In this document: piece after piece, positions 37,856-49,442 of the stretch
How the letters are laid out: each line of letters starts with the position of its first letter
Position numbering within the stretch: the first letter of the stretch is position 1
Assembly: GCF_001194135.2 (NCBI RefSeq)
Contig: NC_068981.1
Span: forward strand, 16,461,245-16,525,217
Length of the DNA stretch: 63,973 bases
Source: Octopus bimaculoides
Lineage: Eukaryota
Reading direction: 5' to 3'
Translations under genes and position numbers: made by a program
The notes under the pieces: model-generated
Told to the model about the DNA's origin: nothing
Seen by the model: only the letters and a program-made list of their open reading frames with translations
The model's database searches: none

Positions 37856-39565
37856 TCTCAAGTTCATGAATACAATTTCCGACTCAGATTGTAGGTTACA
37901 ACTGAAGAGCTCCTTTCTCTAAGAGAATTAAAGTATTCTAGTTGTGGATAAGACTTATTTTATGAATATAAAGATTACTGAACCCCTTTTAATTTAGGTA
38001 TCTTGACAATAGATATATAGTAATGAGAGTCACGAGATACAATCTGTCCGCAATTATATATTTATTCGACCAACGGCGATTTTCATAATCAATATCCAAC
38101 TTATATTTGCATCTCTACACGGAGGAGTGCATATCTCTTAATACCTTTATACATGGGTGCATAGTGATGAGCTCGGAGAAAGAAGAAGCATTGTTTTGGA
38201 GGTGATCTACTTAGTGCATGTAATATGGTGTTTAATGCAAAGCAGGCAGTGAATGTGGAAGATTTTTGCAAGTGAATACGGCTTACAAAGCCATTAGGAT
38301 TAAAAGTGACGGAAAGAAAGATTGTATATAATCAGTAGTTTTCATTTTCGCAAGAAACGTAAGGAATCACACACTATGAATTTCACTGTTCAAGTTTTCA
38401 CTCTGGCAATCATAAGCTATTCCTATGAAGCGTCCTTCAGACTGTCATCGTTGTCGTCGTCGTCGTCGTTGTTGTTTAGCTCTAAATAGATTCATGATCC
38501 TATGCACATTCTACTTAAAACCAGTCACTCCTTTCATTCACCCAAGAAACAAGCAAACAGATATCTTTGTAGACATGTCCCTTCACAATCGCCATGTATT
38601 TCAGTCTTCACAGCCACGATTCTTCAGGAAGTTCACTCAATACTTCACTGCATTAGTTCTGGCAAAAATATTCTACAACGCTTGGAGAAATCACAACCCT
38701 ACAAACTAAACGGTTTTTAACCCTCAGTGTAACTCTTACGAGATAATTATCCGAACCGCAAAACATGCTACTGTACACCGCGCAGCCTCCAAGCGCTCCT
38801 GTCCCTCAGTTTGCATATCTAAGACATTAGCTTATGCCCTCTTCTTCTCAAAGTATTAAAGTCTATATTAGCTTCTATTTCTAGTTCATTAACCAACTAC
38901 GTTAAGGCGCCCGCCTTAGTTTTCTTTTTAGATGGTAAAACTGCATTGTAGAAAGTGAAATGTTAAAGAATTATCGATATGGAGAAATATCTGACACTGG
39001 TGTTACCGAGAATAATTCCAAACAGTCTTAGCGAATGAACAAATATTTACCAAATTGATTGTATGATAGCTTTGATAGGTGTTTCCATAAACTTGGTAGG
39101 TGTTACCTTCTGGTGTAAAAAATGCGTAGCGTAATTCTATAAACAAACACAGCCTTGCAGATAAGATTTCTTTTCGATCGTATGAATCCTTCCACACAAA
39201 CGAATTAGTATAAAGTATCAAATACTAATTTCGTTATTTGATATCTAATACAGTTAAGTCTATAACACATCATGGAATCCATCGCAGTAGAGAAGTATAA
39301 TTATCTGGTGAGTTTAACGTGGGAAGAATTGTTATATACGTCACCAACACGTACATCCGATAATTTGATCCTTCGTAATTAAACGGTCGCAGACACTGAC
39401 ACCAATCCGAGTAGTGGATGACTCTCTACTCCTTCGTCGATTTAATAATCGGAAGACGTGAAAGTACAGGTCAATTTAATGAAACCTATAGTCACGATAT
39501 TATATCCATTACATTATTTACATTATTTACATTTGACGGATATTTGTCCTCATTTTTTTGTTGTT

Positions 39566-39611
39566 AACACAACGTTTCGGCTGATATACCCTCCAGCCTT
39601 CGTCAGGTGTC
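39566..39611 (-). ncRNA. Minimal type I hammerhead ribozyme (copy B)
   Basis: Reverse complement is GACAC CTGACGA A GGCTG GAGGGTATAT CAGCC GAAACGTT GTGTT, identical to copy C. Confidence 0.78.
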
Positions 39612-40352
39612 TTGGGGAAATTTCGAACCTGGGTTCTCATTCCTAACGATGTTACTATTATTATTATATTATTATTATTATTACTATTATTAATCAGGTC
39701 GCTGCCGTGAATCGAACTCGGAACATTGGGGTTAGTAGCCCGCGCTCTTAACCACTACGCCATATGGTTTTACCCGAAGGAGATATTTGCGAAGTGTTGT
39801 ATTGCTCTTGAATACTGCCCTGATGTCATATGGGCCGNNNNNNNNNNNNNNNNNNNNNNNNNNNNNNNNNNNNNNNNNNNNNNNNNNNNNNNNNNNNNNN
39901 NNNNNNNNNNNNNNNNNNNNNNNNNNNNNNNNNNNNNNNNNNNNNNNNNNNNNNNNNNNNNNNNNNNNNNNNNNNNNNNNNNNNNNNNNNNNNNNNNNNN
40001 NNNNNNNNNNNNNNNNNNNNNNNNNNNNNNNNNNNNNNNNNNNNNNNNNNNNNNNNNNNNNNNNNNNNNNNNNNNNNNNNNNNNNNNNNNNNNNNNNNNN
40101 NNNNNNNNNNNNNNNNNNNNNNNNNNNNNNNNNNNNNNNNNNNNNNNNNNNNNNNNNNNNNNNNNNNNNNNNNNNNNNNNNNNNNNNNNNNNNNNNNNNN
40201 NNNNNNNNNNNNNNNNNNNNNNNNNNNNNNNNNNNNNNNNNNNNNNNNNNNNNNNNNNNNNNNNNNNNNNNNNNNNNNNNNNNNNNNNNNNNNNNNNNNN
40301 TAATAGTAGTAACATCGTTAGGAATGAGAACCCAGGTTCGAAATTTCCTCAA

Positions 40353-40398
40353 GACACCTGACGAAGGCTGGAGGGTATATCAGCCGAAACGTTGTGTT
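40353..40398 (+). ncRNA. Minimal type I hammerhead ribozyme (copy C)
   Basis: Stem I GACAC/GUGUU, core CUGACGA..GAAA, 5-bp stem II GGCUG/CAGCC, palindromic ACGU stem III; predicted cleavage after U40393 (GUU). Confidence 0.78.
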
Positions 40399-41036
40399 AA
40401 CAACAAAAAAGATGAGGACAAATATCCGTCAAATGTAAATAATGTAAATAATTCCTCATCTCTTAAATATAGAACTGTATTATATCCATTGCTTATATTT
40501 ACAGTTTGGTACACTGCCTCATCGAATGTTAAATGTATTTTGCTTTTAATAAGATGTTCAGCTGCTGAAAATTACCACCAGGGTTCTTTTTGCATACAGT
40601 CAAAAGCAAAGGCGCACACGTTTGATTCTTGATTAACATTTCTCTTTTGTAGTCTTGTTGCTTGTGACGTAAAGAACTTCCCTTTTATTTTCGTCTTACG
40701 TGATATGCATTTCACAACAGCCGCATTAATACCACTACCTGGCTAATGAAAGCTTTTAGCGGGGTTTTATCAGGATTTCATTTGGATTGATGCACACTTT
40801 ACACTTTTCTACATGCTAAGCACTATAATTATATTCGCTAGATCATTTCTTCTCTTTTCGATCATCCAATCTGAAATTCTCTCCTGACACCGGTTTTTAC
40901 AGCTTCCGACTTCTTTCACTTCAAAATGAATGTTAACATCACTAATCTCACCGGATTTATGTTCCCGTGTTTTAATCTGTTCGATGTCCGTAACATTCTC
41001 AACATTTTTCTTGTTTTGTTTTTTTTCTTCTAACAG

Positions 41037-41120
41037 AACAGCGTTAAGTGGAATGCATCCATGAACGTGGATATGAAGGCTGCAAACGTTGCTTCTAGCC
41101 ATCATATTACATATTACCAC
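41037..41120 (+). CDS. Candidate exon (NSVKWNASMNVDMKAANVASSHHITYYH)
   Basis: Very long T-rich acceptor ending ttcttctaacag; single open frame; moderate donor CAC|gtaaaa. Confidence 0.28.
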
Positions 41121-41601
41121 GTAAAAACATGCCATTTTTGTTAAAAAGCAGCTAACGTTTATACGATAATTAGAATATCATGGATACCACCAAAGTCACA
41201 GAATACAAGAAATTTAAGAATTAAGGGCATTATTCTTACTAAAACATTTAATACTAAATTCCATCAAGAACAGAGAAGTGCTCGACGCTAATTGGTTAAC
41301 ATAATACTATCAATGTGCGCATGTCATTTATCTGATCTTCATATAAATGTACATATCAATGCTAGGCTTAATCTTTATTTTCTCATGATAAAGTCTTACG
41401 AAGCCAATATAATGAAATATAAGATAAAAATGTAAACCATTCTCTTCTTATTTTGCGCTTGTTTCCATTCCGTTATTTCTAAATTCCACTGGAATGGCCT
41501 TCTAAAACAAATTTAACTCATTCTTTACAATGTTTGATGTAAATTATGCTACTCATACATACATACAAACAGACTTTCTCTTTCTCTCTCTCTCTCTTTC
41601 C

Positions 41602-41685
<84 letters not shown>

Positions 41686-41717
41686 TTCACACGTACTTGT
41701 ATATCGTTCCTCTTCAG

Positions 41718-41800
41718 ATATTTGTTTAATGTAGCAAAAGTCGAAAACATCATCGAGAAAACCGACAAACCGGTACATTCTAACGACAATCCCTTGTGTG
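41718..41800 (+). CDS. Candidate exon (YLFNVAKVENIIEKTDKPVHSNDNPLC); strand ambiguous
   Basis: Acceptor gttcctcttcag; phase 2 is compatible with 36795-36867; donor G|gtatct. An equally open minus-strand reading exists (41697-41877). Confidence 0.27.
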
Positions 41801-42002
41801 GTATCTGTTCTGCCCAAATAGCACAGACAGTCTCTTGATACTTTCATCATTGCAAATGCATTGAACCAGTTATTCACCTGTTCGGAAGACGTCTGTACTA
41901 TTGATCACAAAATGTGATACAAGAATAAAATTTTTTTAAATAAGTATTTGTTTATTCACTAAATCTCACATCATTGTCTCTGATGTTCGGTCCTATCTAT
42001 GG

Positions 42003-42052
42003 CTATGATGATGATGATGATGATGATGATGATTATCGTCATTATCGTCATT

Positions 42053-42105
<53 letters not shown>

Positions 42106-42110
42106 TATTG
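42003..42110. repeat. (GAT)n followed by (CAT)n microsatellite
   Basis: Direct reading. Confidence 0.95.
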
Positions 42111-42692
42111 TTATCAACATCACCGTAGTTAATGACAGTGCTGTAGAGAAATCCACTTTAACAACATTATATTCTTCACCGCTGAACTATATGTTTAATC
42201 AAATATTAAACATCAAAGAATGGAAGTATTGTAGAAAAATTTGAAAAACCACTCTAAAATACCTTGCAGTCCTTCGTCACGTCTGTAACATACTGAGTGA
42301 AAATTCCAGCCAGGTCATCTTTCAGTGTCATTCTCCGATGTCAATAAGTGTCATTTAAGTAATGCACTCGATTAAATTGTCTGCAGCCCTTACTCTATTA
42401 TCTGTGAGTTTGTGCCAGTGTTAGAAATATTCATTTTTATATCAAAGGTCATATGAATGAAGTATCTTTTTATGTTTAAGGAATCATGAAGGTTGGCTAT
42501 AGGGGCTTAAACCTGCAAATGTATTTCATTTCATATATCACACGTAAGTAAATGGAGTGATATTTTCCGCAGATGATTTAGTTTATGGGCGTCATCTTTT
42601 AAAATCTTTTGTTTAATAATTTAAAATATGATTTTAACTCGAATATTTTTTCAACTGACAAGAATAATAATCATAATGGGGAGCATTGGTCT

Positions 42693-43386
42693 CTCTTCAG
42701 TTTGGCTCAAAGATTTTTTTATTATCTTTTTTAACTAAACAATTTGAAACTTCCTTTACTGGTGTAATGTCTCACGCTGAACACAGTTTACTTTCAACAT
42801 TTTTGACAAAATTTCGTATTTTAGAAGTTATTTCATGTTAAACTTGTCGTATTTGGGTAATTTTAACCCAATCAATGACGTGTATTCAGCTGAAGAAACC
42901 TACTGCTGTTTGTGATAGTAATCGAAGAGCAACAACTTCCAAATCATCTCTACTGAATGTATTTTTCAACCACGTATGAATAATTCGGTATGTTCTTTAG
43001 CTTGGCTGTGTTTTTTGGCTTACGTGTGGATATTTTTACTTACTATTTGTGATAAATTTCACCACTTTGTTCTATTTTATTTTTGTTTACTGCCTGTGTT
43101 GCATATTACACGTTTTGTTTTTGTTGTTTTTTTAACCAGAAGTTGTTGCTCTTCGATCACTATCGCAAACAGCAGTGGGTTTCTTCAGCTGAATGCACGT
43201 CGTTGATTGGTTAATATTACCCAAATACGACAAATTTAACACGAAATAACTTCCAAAATACAAAATTTTGTCTAAAAATGTTGAAAGTAAACCGTGTTCA
43301 GCTTGTGAAATTACACTAGTATACGACGTTTCAAACAGTTTAGTTAAAAAAAGATAATTAAAAAATCTGTGAGCCAAACTGAAGAG
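42693..43386. mobile_element. Fold-back element with about 247-bp inverted arms and a 199-bp spacer
   Basis: 42693-42939 aligns to the reverse complement of 43139-43386, roughly 85-90% identical by eye; no ORF. Confidence 0.85.
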
Positions 43387-43719
43387 ATCCGAACATATTA
43401 TTTTGCATTGGCGAAAGAATAAATAAGGAAGACAAGAATATTATTTATAATAAATGTGGTGACAATGATGAGGGAGATGACGACGATGGCGTTGATCATT
43501 ATCAACGCCATCGTCGTTGTCATCATGCCGGCGAGGAGGAGGGATAAATGATGATGATGTGGAGGAGGATGATTATAGCATTGATGCACCTTGACCCGAT
43601 GATTATGTTGATGACTTCTCGTTGACTGAAGGTGAAATTGAGGTCAGTATCAAAGTGAGCAAGCCATCACTAAATTACGAACTGTAATGCAGCAACACCA
43701 GAAGCATCAGTAGTAGCAT

Positions 43720-43720
43720 C

Positions 43721-43781
<61 letters not shown>

Positions 43782-43782
43782 A

Positions 43783-43838
<56 letters not shown>
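43720..43838. repeat. (TAG)n microsatellite
   Basis: Direct reading. Confidence 0.95.
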
Positions 43839-44513
43839 AGTACCTTCCTACCAACAAGCCCACAGCCACTGGATATTTGAAGAAAGTAAAATAACAAAAT
43901 AGCAAAATGAGATCTTTTACAATGCGAAAAAGACAAAAATAATGGTTATTAAACCCTTATATACTTCCGGTACAGAGGCCAATCATCACAAGTAAACAGT
44001 TAACAAAATGTTAGTCTATACAGTATCAACCATGTATAGACATGGATGTTTCGTTGTAAGAAGTTTTATGCCTTCAGGATTGTGTTACTTTACTTTATTA
44101 CAATGATTCAAGCAAGCTACAACACTCTTCTTTTCGAGTTAGAACGTTCTTCTTGATGTCATGCGTCGCCGCAATTATGACTAAGCTTGAGATAAGTCAT
44201 CAAACACTAAGTTTACACATTCTGATATTGTTGCTGTTAGTGTTTAGCTGTAGGTGAGTCCTGATCGATCGTGCTTATGATGAAAGACGTTCCAATCGTC
44301 ACTCTTTAGTCGGGTTTCTTATGTGCAAATAACGTAGAACCACGTTATTCAACATATCGTTTTCAAAGATGATAGAATCAGATTTCGACCTCCTTCGAAC
44401 ATTCGTCACACTTTCTGATGACCTCTTCTGATGATCAACATCATCAACATTACAACTCAAAACTAGAGGCTGCGACAAAAAATGTCCCATATTTTCCAGA
44501 GACATTGGTGTAA

Positions 44514-44567
44514 CGCTACCACACAGTCACTCCTGCACCTAGCTACTTACCACACAGCCACTTCTGC
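44514..44567 (-). mobile_element. Two tandem copies of the SINE family 1 extreme 5' end
   Basis: ctaccacacagtcactcctgcacct followed by agctacttaccacacagccacttctgc. Confidence 0.75.
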
Positions 44568-45545
44568 TGAATATTATGAATATTTCTAATGTAGTCAGTT
44601 GATGCAACATAAACTTAGGTTCTAACCGACCCTTAGACACATTCAAGCGTAAAATTATATCTTTATATAATATTGAGTTATTTTCTTTCGTATAAAGTCA
44701 ATTTATCAACATTAATTTGACTATTTCTTTCAGATGATAAATTTTCTAATATTTGATAAATGTTCAGAACAAGAAATTGATTTGCGAAATTATTTGAAAA
44801 GTTATTTGTTTGTATGAAATATTTATAAAATATTGCGTGAAGATAATTTCCAACAAATACGACTAAAATATATTTCATACAATTTAAGAACATTTTTAAA
44901 TGATTTATTTTAGGACTACTAGTAAATTTTTTTGTATTTGATGAAGTAGACTTTAACTACAGAACATTACACGTCATTTAGGTACATTGTTATTTTGATG
45001 AAAACCCATATTACAGATCTTAATATTTCAAAACTTAAATAATACTTACACGATTGTAACGATTCATTTTGGAAAGCTAAAGCAAAAAATTGTAGTCCTA
45101 AGTTAACTAAGGTTTCAACCTCTAGTTAGTCATATAGTTATTCGATGAGGATCATTAAGTAAATATTGTTCATCTGTTCTGAACGAATGGGAAATTGTTA
45201 AGACAGCATCAATGTGTAAATAAATCTGTTCCTACATTGCTGATCTTCTCTAACTAAGATTTTCTGTTACATGTGAACAAGAAACTAAATTAGAAACAAA
45301 CTGCTATAATTACATAATTGTTCCTTCCAAAGAAACATTCGATTTTCTACATTAGGAAGGCGGTCAGTAGAACTCCAAAAGTAATTGGGAAGTATTATAT
45401 ATCATCATAGATGGAAGTGGAAGATAAGTAAAAGAAACGAAAAGATCCATGATTATATAATCATGAAACAAATCACAGAAAATTACTTCATCAATGTTAT
45501 ATATTTTGAAATAACTACACATTGAACATGTGTACGTACGTATGT

Positions 45546-45576
<31 letters not shown>

Positions 45577-45740
45577 CACATACAAACACACCAACACATA
45601 CACACACGCACATATACACACATGCACACATATTTTTTCCTGAGCATCAAACATCATCGATGTTCCTTCACTTGTCTTCTTCTTTTGTTTTCTGTAAATT
45701 CGAACTATATATATATATACATACACACATTCGCACACAT

Positions 45741-45853
<113 letters not shown>

Positions 45854-48255
45854 CATTTATTCTGGAATACGGGTCATAAGAAATTTTTAAAAAACACCAT
45901 ATGGTCTTCTTATGAATAGATTTTTTAAACGAACCAGACAATAACCATGCCTTTTACAGGACTCCTGGACTGAAAGGACTGATGCTGTCGTGGTTTATTT
46001 TGAGATTCGCTTGATTGATGTTTGTAAGAGAAATGTAGGAGGTGATGAGCAATTAAAATAACGGTATTGCTAAGGAATAAATATGTACTGGTTGCGGAAT
46101 CTTAGATTTGAAACACGTACAAATGATGCAGAGGATAAATATTAATATCATATGGATCGGACAGGCGAAAATTTTTTGCTGTTTCTGTTATTTTAATTTA
46201 CAGAACATGTTAGTATTGGTGGGGAAATAATAGAAGGATTAAATTTGTCTGTACGAGAAAGAGTGAGAGAGCTAGCGAGGGAGAGGTACGGGGTAAGATA
46301 GGACCATAGAGATAGAGAGAGGAAGTGAGTGTTTTTGGTATGTTGGTGAGGTAACCATTGTTAACTAGTCATGTAGCTACAATTTGGATATAGTCTACGG
46401 TGCATAGGATGCAGTCAACCATCTTTAATGAGGTAATAAATTTTTAATACTCGAATGTCCCTTGTGCTTCTGCCATCGAGTTATGGGAAGCAACTAAAAA
46501 GTTGACCACATGTGAAGACACAGAGATTTGTTACCGTTGCTAAGTAGCTCAGGGAACTCAGTTCAAGCAGAGCTATGAGGCAGATGAAGATTATTGATCC
46601 TGTAGCAGTTGATAATAGATCAAATGGATTAACCTTGGGAACTAAATCTGGTTTTGAGACATATAACCATTATTCCACAGTATTTGACTGTCTTGTATGT
46701 CCCCATTATACATCATATTTCGCGTGTCACTTACACTGAATATTTTACATGCTACTTACTGCTCATATATTCTGTATCTTTAAAACTTTTAAAATTTGGC
46801 TGATCACCAGAGCTTAAATAATAATGTTCATCTTAAATTCGCATCTTATGAATCTGTAGTTAGAGGAAGTTGTACGATGATGAATAAACATTAAAATATT
46901 CTTTAGTAAATTACAGACATGTTCGTCATCGATCATGTCATTATAAATATCATGTGCGTGGTCACATGAAAGATTTCCACTCACTCTGTATTAATTACAA
47001 TTATGTTCAATTCTTATAGCCTGGTCAGACTTCCTTTAGCTTTAAGCTATTTTTGTTATCTATAGTCTTTAGAATAAAGAGGTCGGGAGGCCTGTGACAA
47101 TTACACACACACTAATACACATACATACATACATGCATACATACATACATACATACATGCATGCATACATACATACGCACATATTGAAGAAGAGGGGAAG
47201 GGGCTCTAAGAAGTATTCAAACTGATGCCAGAAATGGCAAATATTTCAATTGTAGGTATTCAAAGAACTAGAATCAATCTTTACGTACTTCGTTAGCTAC
47301 GATTTTGACTGCTTATAATGGGCAGTCTTCTGATAAAAAAAAATGGTGGGAAAGAAAAGAAGAGGCGGGTTAGCGTTCAAACTGGAAAGAGAAAAGCAAC
47401 ATCAGCAGCACCAACAGTAACAACAGCAAATCGAAGAGAAAAAATATATTTAAAGAAAGAGAAATGAAAAATGCAAGAGGGTCAACAACAACAACAACGA
47501 GACCAAGAAAACCTTCCCCACCATCATCACTGGCTCCACCGCCAACAACGAAAACAATGACTACATCGAGCTGAGTAGCAACAAGAAAAATCTAAAAAAG
47601 AATTCTAGGAAAGAATATAGATATTCTAGCAGGAAATGATTACACAAGCACACAATAGAAGCATCAAAATGCAACAGCGCAAATTGTCTGAAGGAATCAA
47701 TTAGCTATTCTCAAACGTGGCTGAATTTCCAAAAGCCAGTTCCATATATAGATATTTGAAATGTAATTGAAACCAATTCAAAGAGCAGACGATCTTTTAA
47801 GACATCACCAGTAATAATGGTATCTACTCACAACAAATATGATATGTTATGTGCCGACAAACTAATAGAAAAATGGCAGTATATGTGTGTGTGTAGCTAG
47901 GCACGTGTATATATACTGTATGTATGCACGTATGTATGTACATTTGGATGTATGTATGTATGTATCTATGTATGTACGTTTGTATGTATGTAGTATATAT
48001 GTTTGTCTGTTTATATGTATGTATATAAATGTGTATACAAAAAAATTTATATATGTATGTATGTTTGTATGTATGTTGTGTATGTCCATATATTTCTGTC
48101 CGCATATGTATGTATCTGCAAATTTATAATTCTGTCGATATATGTACATACCATACAACATAAATAGAGATGTGTAAATATTGAATATCTAGTTATTTAG
48201 AATGATATAGGCATTTGTGGATACTATACTGTTTCTCCCCACGTCTGTGTGTGCG

Positions 48256-48288
<33 letters not shown>

Positions 48289-48332
48289 ATATCTGTATGT
48301 GGATATAAAAGTTTGTGGATATATAACTCTGT

Positions 48333-48408
<76 letters not shown>

Positions 48409-48413
48409 GTATG

Positions 48414-48447
<34 letters not shown>

Positions 48448-49228
48448 TGTATGTATATCCACACACACATATCCACACACACATATCCACATACACATAT
48501 ATACACGCATAGACACACACATATACCCAAACTCACACATGTATATATAGGCAATCTTGCACACCCAAGCATATATATATGCTTATAGTTATGCACATAA
48601 TTTTACAATAACTCTCACACATCTAAATGTACTAATATGTTTATATACGTGTGTTTGCGTGTTAGTACATGAATCTATACACATGCATACATACGTACAT
48701 ACGTACGTACGTACACACATACATACAATCACATATGTATGTGTTTTCGTTTGTGTATGTGTGTATTTCCTATATTCTTTAACAAGTACTTGAAAGAATT
48801 ATTAGTAGATGTTATATGGTTTAATACTTCTTATTTTGTCATTTGATGTACTTCTGTAGAAAGCTTTTAGTCTTTGCCATTAGGTAGCTGTATATAACTA
48901 ACTTTGAAAGTAAAATTGCCGTTATTACAGCAAGAATTTATATAATTTTATAGTTATTATTTTAGTTTTGACTTTAGCGCTTTCTTCCATCCATACCTTC
49001 TTCGTTTACAAGAATTTGCCCTCGGTTCTGTGAAGCAGAATGACTAGAATTCTTTTCAGTTCTGTATTGGATTGTCAAACTATATTTCAGTTTTCACATA
49101 GTTGTATCAGCTGTGCTTCTCTGTATACACACAAAAGTCGTTTCAAACTAATCATTTGTTGTGTTGAATCTCTGAGATACCTTTTTTGGTGAGTTTGTTC
49201 AGGAGACTACGAAACAAAATTTTAGATG

Positions 49229-49265
<37 letters not shown>

Positions 49266-49268
<3 letters not shown>

Positions 49269-49442
49269 TTTACTCTTTTACTCGTTTCAGTCATTTGACT
49301 GCGGCCATGCTGGAGCACCATCTTTAGTCGAGCAAATCGACCCCAGGACTTATTCTTTGTAAGCCTAGTACTTATTCTATCGGACTCTTTGCCGAAACTG
49401 CTAAGTTACGGGGACGTAAACACACCGGCATCGGTTGTCAAG
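49266..49442 (-). mobile_element. SINE family 1 tail (head lost in or beyond the gap)
   Basis: Near-identical to 2812-2995. Confidence 0.9.

Larger units (their letters stand above)
39511..40477. mobile_element. PLE-derived insertion with tail-out inverted terminal repeats, two hammerheads, tRNA head and PLE ORF fragment; 13-bp TSD
   Basis: 39511-39766 is the minus-strand composite; 39767-39837 encodes GPYDIRAVFKSNTTLRKYLLRVKP on minus; 40301-40477 is a plus-strand copy after the gap; TATTATATCCATT at 39498-39510 and 40478-40490. Confidence 0.88.

Noticed and set aside
41860-41895. EQVNNWF resembling homeodomain helix 3
   Set aside because: It lacks the following N-x-R-x-R/K residues and the upstream helices.
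44258-44295. Hammerhead-like CTGATCGA-tcgtgcttatgat-GAAAGACGTT
   Set aside because: Core spacing is wrong and there is no stem I; similarly weak motif at about 9845-9872.
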